DNA of 64,000 bases from Botryllus schlosseri. Taxonomy: Eukaryota. The notes below the pieces were generated by a model. That model searched no databases, was not told the origin of the DNA, and worked only from the letters and a program-made list of their open reading frames with translations. Within the stretch, counting starts at the first letter, position 1; each line of letters begins with the position of its first letter. The DNA lies in assembly GCA_051294905.1 (NCBI GenBank), contig CM119372.1, forward strand, positions 35,218,001 through 35,282,000, in the 5' to 3' direction. A program made the position numbers and the translations under genes. Shown here in pieces: positions 1-11,776 of the stretch.

Positions 1-607
1 TTGCGAGTATAGTTGGACTCAATTCTGTAAATGACGCGTATTTATAATTTCAAGGAGGGTTTCCAATATTAAATGCAAGAAATGTGACAATAAATCATGC
101 GAAGTGCTAAGAAACATTTCCAGTCAAATAAATCTGGTACGATGAATGTGGCTGGCCCCTGGTTACGTCAATGCGTCGAAACTGATGTTTTAGTCATCAC
201 CAAATTTCGCGGTCAGGCTAATCAAATTTTGGTTGGCCTTGCAAATTTACCTGATGTGATATATAATTTCGAGAATTACGCCGCAGACCACACAAAACCT
301 TCTCGCGTGCCGCATTTGGCCTGCGGGGCACAATTTGGCCGCTCCTGATCTGTATCGTTACTAATAACAGTGATTGATGGTACATAAAAATCCGATTATA
401 GATTAGTAATTTAAAGATACCTTTGAAAGCAATTGTTTTCATGATAAAAATGTTGGAGTCGAAGTCAGGGTCATTTTCACAAACTCTGACTTCGACTCCA
501 GTAGGGATTTTTTCCACGACTCCGACTCCGACTCCAGCAACCACAGTTTTCACGACTCCGACTCAAGCGAATATTACCAAAACTCCGACTCCAACTCCAC
601 CACCCCG
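1..607 (-). mobile_element. Partial copy of the composite (GACTCC)n hAT-type MITE
   Basis: Aligns with ~10460-11150, including the end of the inner element and the GACTCC subterminal repeats. Confidence 0.8.
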
Positions 608-2301
608 CTTTGCAGACAAATCTAGTGTCACACTAACCTTAATGTGACACCAGGCCGACTTAAATGATACAGGGGTGGGCACATTTTTCATCATCATCAG
701 ACCATGTCATCGTAACAACACTGTTTGGCTGTCACTTATTGGATATGGTACCGAACACAGTGGACTTGGAAACGACCAAATCAACCACAGAAGACCGATC
801 ATCGCGCAACTAAAAATATATTACGTACATGTAAGCGATAGGTCGAGTACGGTAGCAACCAAACTTTATTACCTTCGCAACCAATAATTCAAGAATCACT
901 GGCGTAACGCATGTCGTTGCCAGCGGCAGAAAAACGGTTGGTCGTATTCCTTTCTTGAAACGTTAAATAATAATAAATTGAATGTTTGGCACGCACGCTG
1001 GTAGATAATTGACAATTTTTGACATTTTGGCACGCTGCACACAAAATGTTGCCGGCTTCTGCCGTAGAACTATAATTGTGCGTTGATTTGCGTGAGTCGG
1101 CGGCGGTCAACATGCAATTTGAATTTAGGAATTTCAAGTCAACTTCGAAATTTTCTTCGCGCAATGCGCGATTTTGAGTGGCTTGATTTTTCATTTAAAA
1201 ACATAGTAGTGTTCTTGTAATCTGACCACTGCACTGTACAAATGCGAACCACCGAGTGCAATTATGCGCCTTGTCAAGAAATACCAATTCGGAATCGTGT
1301 ACGTCTCACGGATGAAGATTTTTCTGGTACGTTTGCGTGATTCCAATATATATTTTGGCTATTCCGAAAATCCTGATGGGAAGTCAAGATATAAAAATAT
1401 GCAACAAAGTGATTAAGTACAATCCGAATGTGCATCATCATTAAATATGTGCCCAAAACTTTCGAAGACACCCCTCCAGCAGATCCAGCTGAAAAGCTGA
1501 TCATGGCTAAGAGGGAATAAATGTTCTCTAGAAATTGTGCAACTACTAATATTATCGACGAAATTCATCATAGAGACTAGTCGTCTATTTCCGGTAACTT
1601 TTCACATCCCTAATATTTGCGATTTCGTTGCGCATATAAAGCCTGCTGGAGCGTTCTGCTTCTATAATTTCAATATATCTTGCTCAAGGTATTTCACAAG
1701 AAAACTGTGATAACACAGAACACCAAAAGGGCCGCCGGCGATTCGAAGTCACCAAGCAGCCAATTTAACATTGATATTTGGTGTTTCGTTACGACTGGAT
1801 TCTATATATGTAATCGAAATGCGGCCGTGAATAGCAAAAAGGTTAAACAGCCACGATCAAGACAAACCTACTATCTCGTATAACCGACGACAGTCTCAAA
1901 TTTTGTATGAAGCTTGACCTCATTCATCAACCAGACTACACAGCCACCAATAATATCGTGCAACACTAAGAGACGCATTAACTGCAAAACGCGTGTAAAT
2001 AGTATATTCGCACTTTTACTGTTGAAAATGTTAATTGTCTTAAGCTTCGGAAAATACCATATGGCTCTCACTGTAATACCATTAAAAAGCTGTAACTTGT
2101 AAAAGATCTATGTAACTGAAGTCTCGCATGCTTAAAGAAGGTAACCAGCCCGATGAGTACAAGGTTTTACAGAGAAAATATGGCGGACACGGCGAATCCC
2201 ATGTCATAGTGAGTTCGAATTAGTACTACCATGACCTCACGAGTTTACAATTGTGACGCAACAGTTGATTGTAAAGTATGGCTCTTTGGGAGTTAATATG
2301 A

Positions 2302-2510
2302 TAGGGTTACCATATTTTGGAAATCTGAAAAGAGGACACTTTTTCAAAATTTTTATACTTGGAGGAGCCGGAGGAAAATCCTGAAAAAATTGTAAATTTT
2401 TCCACTTCGTGGTCGGTTGCCTAAAATTAAGGTCAACTTTTTGGCTCAACTCCCGGAAATGCAGTTTTTTCTTTCACATCATCAGGTGGTTGACTAAAAA
2501 AAAGCTGCCG
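2302..2510. mobile_element. Terminal fragment of a TAGGGTTACCATA-TIR MITE
   Basis: Reverse-complement match to the right end of 38518-38921. Confidence 0.65.
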
Positions 2511-3744
2511 AAATAGCCGCCGGAGCGTTACTACATTGCTGACTCATTGTGTCTCAATCGAACTTAGCCCTATATCTAACCAACGTATGGACGTATGGTA
2601 GCCAGGGCTGGGGAGTCGTAGTCGGAGTCGGTGGAGTCGGAGTCGGAGTCTGGCTAATTTTCGCTTGATGGAGTTGGAGTCGTGAAAACTATAGTGACTG
2701 GAGTAGAAGTCGGAGTTTGTAAATATGAGTCTGACTCTAACTCCGACACCAACTTTTTTATCATGAATACAATTGCTTTCAAAAGATTTTCAATAGTATT
2801 TTTATATTCCATCAATCACTGTTATTAATAACGATACAGATCAGGGGGGGGGCATCTCGTCACCCACGAGCGAAATGAGGCCCGCGAGAAGGTTTTGTGT
2901 GGCCTGCGAGGTAATTCTCGAAATTAGCAAATTGCAACAAAATGATAGAGGCATGTTCACCGCAACCGCGATATTGCTATGTCTAAACGCCAAATAATCC
3001 TGTCCTTTCCAAATGAGCCCAATATATGTGAGTAGCATATTTATTGATATAACTTATTCATTTCCTTTGTAAAAATGTTCGCGTGGCCAGGGCATAACTG
3101 CACACTGCACAGTTGCATGACATAATTGTTAGCAATTTTAAACCGTAGTAATTATAAGTCTTGTTTTCAATGTTACCTAGCTCGGTTCGCTCGTATTGGA
3201 CGACTAAAAAAGTTTATCAACATTCCAGTTGCCGCACAATGGTTCGTATACATATCATGTGGCCCTTTGGCCGAAAAGTTTTGCCACACCTGATAGAGAT
3301 AAAATTGGACATTATTTGCAAGTTGAAATTCAGTTGCATAGAGGAAGAAAATCGCAATATGCATCTTTGCGATGCAGTTACAAATTGCTGCAATTTTTGG
3401 AATTATACCCTGATACTGTGACATAGTAAATACATCGTCTGGTTTTGTAAAATTGATGTAAATAAAACCAGACGCTGCTTCCAAATTGACAAAATTAAAA
3501 ATATTTTTAGTGTAGTTTAGCTGATGGGGTCGGACAAATGATTAAGAAAGACCGCAAGTCCTAGTCTTTGAATACTTGACTTGTGCATGTATTGTGGACA
3601 TATGCTATTTGACTACTTCCTAAATTTCATTAATGACCAATGTCTATTAGTAGTCAAAGTGTGTGTGTTTATTATCAGATAGTGTGTAATGAGGAAGTTA
3701 GTAAGTTACATCTACAATTGAATAATATATTCATATTGAAATAA

Positions 3745-3788
3745 ACCCGAATATTTTCGGCTGACACTCGTCAGGGGTAATCGTCAGC
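3745..3788 (-). ncRNA. Minimal type I hammerhead ribozyme (PLE family 1)
   Basis: Reverse strand reads GCTGACgattACCC-CTGACGA-GTGTCAGCC-GAAA-ATAT-TC-GGGT, with palindromic AATATT stem III. Confidence 0.82.
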
Positions 3789-3881
3789 AACTAGTAGAGA
3801 AATGGAAAGAACATTGTATATCAACAATCGTATCACAAAATATGACGTCACCAGCATGAAATTTCATGAATGAGAGAGCGT

Positions 3882-4512
3882 TCAATGTACTATTTTTAGG
3901 TGGTACACGAACTCCTTTTGTTGACAGAGTTTTGGTTGGTGTATTTTGATAAAAGTCGACTCCAAGGCACACAAATGGAATTGTGAACGGCCTCGCCCAA
4001 CGATTCGAAATCGGTCGTCTCGATAATTATTCGCACAAATCGGATTATCTAACAGATGTTTGCCGATGGCAGAATTAATGACCTTTGATCGATCAGCATC
4101 AATCTTAAGCGGATGAGTTAAGGGTGAGCTTTTCACTGAGTGTGAAGCACGTGTTCTGATGAATCTGGGGACATGTTGGTTTATGCGTTCCTGCAGACGT
4201 TTTGACGTTCTTCCCACGTAGCCACAATCACAGTGGCACTTATATTCGTACACTACATTACTTTGTTGAAGTGCAGGCAGAGCGTCTTTGCGTGTTTGAG
4301 GGAGCAGTTGTGTTGTTGTAAAAATCACATTGGTTTTGACTGTGTCGTAACACTTACTGACCGCAGAAATCAATTGTTTTTCAAAGCGGGTGGAAATGTG
4401 GCCAATCCAAGGTAGATGGATATAAACATCTTTTACTGTTCGTTCGGTGGGCTCTGTTGGTTTTTCTGCGTTGAATTGCGTTAATTTCCGCTCTATGCCG
4501 CGGCTGATGTCG
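3882..4512 (-). pseudogene. GIY-YIG endonuclease half of the Penelope-like ORF (inverted arm, frame intact)
   Basis: ORF 3882..4580 contains LPWIG, NVVYEYKCHCDCGYVGRTSKRLQERINQH, SAIGKHL and LESTFIK...PKLCQQKE. Confidence 0.88.
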
Positions 4513-5459
4513 TAGTCGAAAAGCGCAATACCAACAAATTTGAAACGTCTGTCGTCAGCAAACCGACATTCACAGGCCAATACCTTCGCTGGAATTCATT
4601 TAGTCCTCGACGCAGAAAAATTAACCTCATAGGCACCCTCGTGCATAGAGCGTTGATGATATGTTCGGGTAACAAACTGAGTTTAGAACTTGACAACATC
4701 CGAAAAATCTTACTAGATAACGGTTACCCCGAACACGTCATCAGCCGCGGCATAGAGCGGAAATTAACGCAATTCAACGCAGAAAAACCAACAGAGCCCA
4801 CCGAACGAACAGTAAAAGATGTTTATATCCATCTACCTTGGATTGGCCACATTTCCACCCGCTTTGAAAAACAATTGATTTCTGCGGTCAGTAAGTGTTA
4901 CGACACAGTCAAAACCAATGTGATTTTAACAACAACACAACTGCTCCCTCAAACACGCAAAGACGCTCTGCCTGCACTTCAACAAAGTAATGTAGCGTAC
5001 GAATATAAGTGCCACTGTGATTGTGGCTACGTGGGAAGAACGTCAAAACATCTGCAGGAACGCATAAACCAACATGTCCCCAGATTCATCAGAACACGTG
5101 CTTCACGCTCAGTGAAAAGCTGACCCTTAACTCATCCGCTTAAGATTGATGCTGATCGATCAAAGGTCATTAATTCTGCCATCGGCAAACATCTGTTAGA
5201 TAATCCGATTTGTGCGAATAATTATCGAGACGACCGATTTCGAATCGTTGGGCGAGGCCGTTCACAATTCCATTTGTGTGCCTTGGAGTCGACTTTTATC
5301 AAAATACACCAACCAAAACTCTGTCAACAAAAGGAGTTCGTGTACCACCTAAAAATAGTACATTGAACGCTCTCTCATTCATGAAATTTCATGCTGGTGA
5401 CGTCATATTTTGTGATACGATTGTTGATATACAATGTTCTTTCCATTTCTCTACTAGTT

Positions 5460-5502
5460 GCTGACGATTACCCCTGACGAGTGTCAGCCGAAATATTCGG
5501 GT
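5460..5502 (+). ncRNA. Minimal type I hammerhead ribozyme (PLE family 1; one A missing)
   Basis: ACCC-CTGACGA-G-TGTCAGC-C-GAAA-TAT-TC-GGGT. Upstream GCTGAC is complementary to loop II GTCAGC. Confidence 0.75.
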
Positions 5503-6961
5503 TTATTTCAATATGAATATATTATTCAATTGTATATTGAAGTTCTGTACCTCCAAGAAGCTCTTTAAGTTACATCTCTGTATCAGTTGCTGACTCATAC
5601 ACAAGAGCTACACTTCGGTTTGTTTTGTCGACCTTTTAATAATACAGGATTAGATATATGTCATGTTTGAACGATTCATGCATATTAGGATATTAGAGAG
5701 TCCATGTTCATCAAATATGATGAAAGGAAGGATGTTTTGAAATGCAATCTTTCATGTTGATTGCGTAGTGAATAATTCGATCTGTGCCACAATGAAACAA
5801 TTTTGCGTGCCATCGTTAATAATGTTTGTATATGTTTATTGGTTATATGATAGTCATTTAACCGTTACTATGGCATATAACTTCCGAAGTAAATTGGTAT
5901 TACTGTTGGAGTCGAAGTCAGAGTCGGCACATTTAAAGACTCAGGAGTCAGAGTCGGAGCCGGAGTCGGAATCGGTACGTTTTAAGATTAAGGAGTCGGA
6001 GTCGGTATATTGAAAATGTGTGCAGTCGGAGTCGGAGTTGGAGTCGGTGGATAAATTTACCGACTCCACAACCCTGATGGTAAACCTATAATATGGAAAA
6101 TATTGGGCCAATATGGCTCTTCGGACGAAGAAGGTTTCCGACCACTGGGTTATACCAACATAAAAACCATGACATCAAATTTGACAGATGTGACATCGCC
6201 TACTAACAGCCTTAGCCTATAGATGTGCTTGTACAATGTACAATTGTACATCTACATCAACACAATAAATTAAACGATTTAAAACTGAAAATATTTGATG
6301 ACTTGAAATCGACTCGAAACCAAAAAACTTGAGATCACTCCTGGCTTGATTGGAAAACTTGACTCTGGACCAAATTTACATTGACTAGAAATGACTTGTA
6401 ACCCGAAGAAATAGTGACTTCATCCCAATGTTTCGTGAACGCGGATTATTCAGAACAGGATGTTAGCGTTAATTACGTGAACAGGAACAACCTACGTGAC
6501 AATGCGAATTCAAACATATATCACTTATAGCCTGTGCGCCCTGTCTGCATAGCATAATAGGACTCGTTATCTGTTACCAGAGTGTGCGATTGGTACCATT
6601 CGAATAGTGTCATGCATAACGATGTGACTTCAGCAAAATCAGTTATGATGAGTTGCTGTTACAATATTATTGGTCCAGCAGGGGTCCCCATCTGGATCTA
6701 TTTTCTACGTTATGATTATATTTATTTTGTGCTGGATTTCATATCTGTATGGCTCACTGTCTATCGCCTCAATGAGAAATTAAATAATGATGTCGAAAGA
6801 CTGCAGAATTCCGATATTTCACAAATGTGTTTACGGTGTAGAAGTTTCCCAGTTCTGTTTGCGAATCTCTGAAGTATTCGCACCATCCATTTGCCATGCT
6901 GTACTAATCCAAATATAGTAGAGTACTGAATCATAATTTGCAACCAAATCGTACATTTCAG

Positions 6962-7574
6962 GTGGAACTTGCTTATGCTCGATGGTTGCTTTATCAGTCG
7001 CACACTACATTATAATATGCAAGAGGGTACGAATGAAATTCTCGCAATTGAGTGCTTCTGCAGGTATGCATTACCTGCAGTAAGTTTTGTTGTGGGTTAC
7101 ATGTGATTTTCTAATTTTGTTAAGATTCATATGTAAGCATGCGTAATTTTGCCTATTCAAGTCCATCGATCTCAATGTGATTTAATGATTTTTCCTGTGT
7201 GGAAGAAATCAAAAGCAGTAAATGGTAGTTAGATTTACTCAATTTTTTCAGCTATTATCTTCACCTGGATTTGGTCTGGGCTGTGGAACACTGTGTTGGT
7301 GATGAGCGATGGATACGGATCCGACAGATTGCATTCCTTCTGCGGAATCGTTTGGACTTCACCTGACAAATACTTAGTTCAATATTGCTTATATATGATT
7401 TTCTGCTTCGCTGTGCCGCTAGCTGTAATGATCTTTTGCTACAGCTCAATCCTGATACGTGTTCGAAAAGTGGGTTGTGTAAAAGTTAGGTGCTGTAGCC
7501 TATATATAAATACTTAAATGATAATGCTGTTCATTATCTGTTGTCCCACATTCGGAAGAAGCTGAATTACGTCC

Positions 7575-7605
<31 letters not shown>

Positions 7606-10600
7606 CTCTCGGCCGAGTTCAGATTACATTCCGAATTCATATAGTATCTGACACAACTATACGGGGAATTTTTTTAGCTCTGCGGTAACATGGCTGTTGT
7701 CATTTCAATGCGAAAACGTGCCACGGCGTAGTAATATCTGCCCTTATCACTTGAACAATCAATTCATTCATATCATTTAACCACAATTTATTGCTATAAC
7801 CATTCGATTCCTTTGAAATTTCCCGAATTTTAAATAGCAATAACTGAATAAACTGCCTGCAACAGAGGAAATGGTAAATATGAATGGAGTGAATAAGTTG
7901 TATGGCAACTCCGCTTCCATGATGCAGCTTGTCTATCGAATTTGGCTGTCATTATTTAAATCTGTTGAATGATGTTAATGAGACACCGTGGGTTTTATGT
8001 AGTTCTTGTCATGTTCTAAGGAGGCGAAGAAACCTTCTGACTCGAAAACACCGACAACGCTGTTACGGACGATGAAATCACTTATTTCGATCCTGCTAGC
8101 ATTTGTTATTTGCTGGTTCCCGTATGCGACCATCGTCATATTGAAGATAATGATACAGGAAGATATTGTAAGAATTACTGATTAGTTTCAGCGGGTGACA
8201 TAAAATTTCAAATCTGAATATTTAGGACTATTATCCGGAAATGTTCGCTTTCCTGGCAGCAAAAACCTCGTACCTGTCATGCCCGATCATCTACGTCATG
8301 AAGAATCGCAATGTGAGCGTAGTTGTGACTATCGTAATATGCTATGATAAATTTCAATTGCTAATTATTATCAACTGAGATGTTGTGCTGTCAGGTTTAT
8401 ATAAATCGTGTACTCTTCAGTCAATTTATAAATATGTTATGTTCCCATTTACTTAAAGAGATAAGCTAAAGCGTATTACATAGGGATGGTGTGAACCCCT
8501 GAAAGGTTCAGGTTCGTGTGAACGCAAACCTTTTTGAAAGGTTCTGTGTGAACCTTATGACGTCAGGCTAATTCTAACCCTACATTTCAGTAAAGTGATA
8601 TATTTAATATCAATGTACACGAAAACCTCGCGACGACTCAGACCACATTATGCCACAATTCTGAAGTGAGCTACATGCTGACATTTTAGACGACACAAAA
8701 TGTATCAACTGAAGCAATTAAATGCCACAATAATCCGGTAAAATCAATATCTTCGGCCGTCAACAATTTCGACGATGACTTGCAAGGGATTATAAGCTTA
8801 CGCCTTAACTGTCGAAGCCAGAGCGGACAATGTATTCGGCGTCTAACTATTGCGATATCGATATTGGGAAGAGTGTAAAACAGGTTTCCACACTTGCTAC
8901 CGATATTACCCAATAATCAAATTATACAGTAGTCGACACCCCAATCGGACAGATTTGGTTTTAAGATACAATAAACATCAAATCAAGATGGATTCCGTAC
9001 GCCTTCTGCCTTATAGACAACGACGTTTCTTTCAGGGCTGTGGAGTCGGTAAATTTTACCACCGACTCCGGCTCCGACTCCGACTCCACACATTTTCAAT
9101 ATACCGACTCCGACTCCGACTCCGACTCCTGAGTCTTTAAATGTACCGACTCCGACTCCGACTCCGACTCCTGGGTTTTTAAACGTACCGACTCCGACTC
9201 CGACTCCGACTCCCGACTCCGACTCCAGCATTATTACCAATTTACTTCGAAAATTATATGCCACATTGTCGGTTGAATGACTATCATACAACCATTAAAC
9301 ATATGCTATGCAAACATATGATTAACTGTGGCATGCTAAATTGTTTCATTGTGGCACTGCTCGAATTATCCCCTATGTAATTAACATGAAATAAAGATTT
9401 GCTAAATATCCTTCCTTATTCAAGTTTTATTACATGGACTCTCTAATATCCTGAAATGTATGAATCACTCAAATACGGCAGATATCCAATCCTGTATAAT
9501 AAAAATGTAGATAAAAAATCCAAGTGTAGCTCTTGTGTATGACTCGGCAACTAATAAAGAAATTGAACTTACTAATTTTGTCATTGCACACTATCCTGAT
9601 TACAAGCACACACACTCTTACTACTAATAATAGACATTGGTCATAAATGGAATTTAGTTAAGTAGTCAAAGACCATAGCCTATGTCTAGTCTGCATGTAG
9701 CCTACTTAATCAAGTATTCACGGATTGGGACTTGCAGTCTTTCTTAATCATTTGTTCGACCCAAACAGCTAAGCTACAGTACAAATATTTTTAATTTTGT
9801 CAAGTGGGAAGCATCGTTTGGTCATATTTACATCATTTTTACAATTTTACAAAACCAGCCGATGCATTTTCTCTGTCACAGTATCATGGTATAATTCCAA
9901 AAATTGCATCGATTTTGACTGCATCGCGAAAACGCATCTTGCGATTTTCTTCCCCTCTGCAACTGAGTTGTAATTTGCAAGTAATGTCTAATTTTATCTA
10001 TATCAGGGGTGGGCAACTTTTTCGGCTAAAGGGACACCTGAGATTTACGAACCATTGCGCGGGCAACTGGAATGTTGATAACCTTTTTTTTTAGTCGTCG
10101 ATAGGAGCGAACCGAATTAGGTAACATTGCAAACAATACTTATATCAATACGCTCTAAAATTGATAACAATATGTCATGCAACTGTGCAGTGCGTAATCA
10201 GGCCCTGGTCGCGCGAAGCGCGAATTTTTTTGGCAATATAACGACTGAATTAGGCTATAGCTATATCAATAAATACGTCGCTAACATACATTGGGGGTCG
10301 CATCTGTATACCACTGGGCTCATTTGGCAAGGACAGGATTATTCGACATTTAGACATAGCAAAATCGATGGTATCAGTGAACATGCCTCCATCATTTTGT
10401 GCAAATGTTTTGTCGACGATCTCGCTGCGAGTGCACAAGCGAAGCCGTATCTCCTAATTGCGAATATAGTTAGACTCAATTCTGTGAATAATATGTATTT
10501 ATAATTTTCAGAAGGGGGCTCAAATACTGAATGCAAGAAATCTAGTGACAATGAATCATGCGAAGTACCGAGAAAAATTTCAAGTCAAATAAATCTGCTA

Positions 10601-11776
10601 TGAAATATTCTACTTCATGGTCATTGGTCATATACGAAGATCTGGGATAAATGTGGCTGACCCCTGGATACGTCAATGCGTCAGAACTGTTGTTTTAGTC
10701 ATCATCAAATTTCGCGGTCATGCTAATCAAATTTTGGTTGGCCTTGCAATTGTACCTGATGTCATAAATAATTTCGTGAATTACCTCGCAGGCCACACCT
10801 AACCTTCTCGTGTGCCAAATTTGGCCTGCGTGCCACGGGCTGGCCGCACCTGATCTGCATGGTTAATAATAACAGTGATTGGTGGTACATAAAAATTATA
10901 TTGAAAATTCTTTGAAAGCAAATGTTTTCGTGATAGAGAAGTTAGAGTCGGAGTCGGAGTCGGAGTCGAAGTCATAGTCATTCTCACAAACTCCGACTCC
11001 GACTCCAGTCAGTATTTTCCCACCGACTCCGACTCCGACTCCAGCTATTATAGATTTTACGACTCCGACTCCGACTCCGACTCCATCAAGTGAAAATTAC
11101 CCCGACTCCGACTCCGACTCCACCGACTCCGACTCCGACTCCACAGCCCTGGTTTCTTTATATCAATTTCAATTATTTATTGAATAAGCATAATTCGTCG
11201 ACTACCTACATCTACTGTATTTCGTTTTTGATGATGAGTGATTGCGGGTCAAGCTCACAGCAGAGAGTCACTAAATGTTCACAACAGGAAACTGAATATC
11301 ACGAGCAAACCTTTGTAACAAAGTAAGTAAAACTTTTGAGATTGGCAAGGTGCATGCTTGTTTGGTGTTGATTTTTTTTATGCTGCCAGTGCCTTGCATA
11401 GAGTGGTCCGAAGTTGAAATGCAAATAATTTAAACAAAAGATGTTATAATGACGTGGAAAATAGTAATACATGAAAAAAGTTCACAGTGCAAAATCTAAC
11501 GAGGTTCGTTTGTAAACGTGAACCTCCAAATTCTGAGGTTCACACACAGAACGCGACCGTGAATATCACGTTCATACCATCCCTACTATTACAAGTACTG
11601 GGGATTTGACGCAAGATCGCATACATGTAATAAATTACAAACACGAATATATTATCTTTCCATTTCAGATAAGAAAGGAAGTCAAGTCCGTGTTCAACAT
11701 CTGCACAGCCTGTCCCAAATCACAGAGGGCCAAACAGAACGTTGCCAGGACGTTCATGGAAATCAACACCGTTTGA
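6962..11776 (+). CDS. Divergent ciliary-type opsin, paralog A (exons 3-7; exons 1-2 not found, probably upstream of the window)
   Basis: GT-AG exons 6962-7063, 7252-7469, 8024(or 8021)-8167, 8226-8312 and 11669-11776 join in frame. They have the same lengths (102/218/144/87/108 nt) and phases as paralog B. The protein has SVAHYIIICK, YGSDRLHSFCG, FVICWFPYA and LAAKTSYLSCPIIY (Lys296 codon 8262-8264); stop TGA at 11774-11776. Confidence 0.88.
9033..11151 (-). mobile_element. Composite (GACTCC)n hAT-type MITE, full length
   Basis: TIR CAGGGCTGTGGAGTCGG; perfect 8-bp TSD GTTTCTTT (9025-9032, 11152-11159). Confidence 0.92.
10004..10852. mobile_element. Inner CAGGGGTGG-TIR hAT (Charlie-like) MITE nested in the composite
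   Basis: CAGGGGTGGGCAAC...GGCCGCACCTG; flanks ATCTATAT/ATCTGCAT. Related to the free copy at 19017-19715. Confidence 0.75.

Larger units (their letters stand above)
3713..5565. mobile_element. Penelope-like retroelement family 1, head-to-head inverted insertion (5'-truncated)
   Basis: Arms ~3713-4512 (-) and ~4736-5534 (+) are near-identical reverse complements. The + copy encodes the RT C-terminus (KPTFTGQYLRWNSF) and GIY-YIG (YEYKCHCDCGYVGRT) with a premature TGA at 5121-5123. Tail 5535-5565; TSD TAAGTTACATC at 3702-3712 and 5566-5576. Confidence 0.93.
2603..6076 (+). mobile_element. Composite (GGAGTC)n hAT-type MITE hosting the family 1 PLE palindrome
   Basis: Termini CAGGGCTG...CAACCCTG, GGAGTC arrays at both ends, degenerate 8-bp TSD ATGGTAGC/ATGGTAAA. 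Homologous to 9033-11151 in the opposite orientation. Confidence 0.85.
8481..11585. mobile_element. hAT-type non-autonomous element (TAGGGATGGT TIR), outer layer of a nest in opsin A intron 6
   Basis: TAGGGATGGTGTGAAC...GTTCATACCATCCCTA; flanks GTATTACA/CTATTACA (7/8). Confidence 0.82.

Noticed and set aside
218..647. ORFs rich in GV, TP, ES or RL dipeptides (also 5768, 8850, 8983, 10799, 11090, 62971)
   Set aside because: These are translations of (GGAGTC)n MITE subterminal repeats, not genes.
4513..4580. Apparent N-terminus of a 232-aa stand-alone GIY-YIG nuclease gene
   Set aside because: It starts at TTG and is antisense PLE spacer fused to the inverted arm at the junction.
6582..6872. 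Hydrophobic ORF just upstream of opsin A exon 3 as a candidate exon 2
   Set aside because: No similarity to opsin B exon 1 or 2, and no matching splice pattern.
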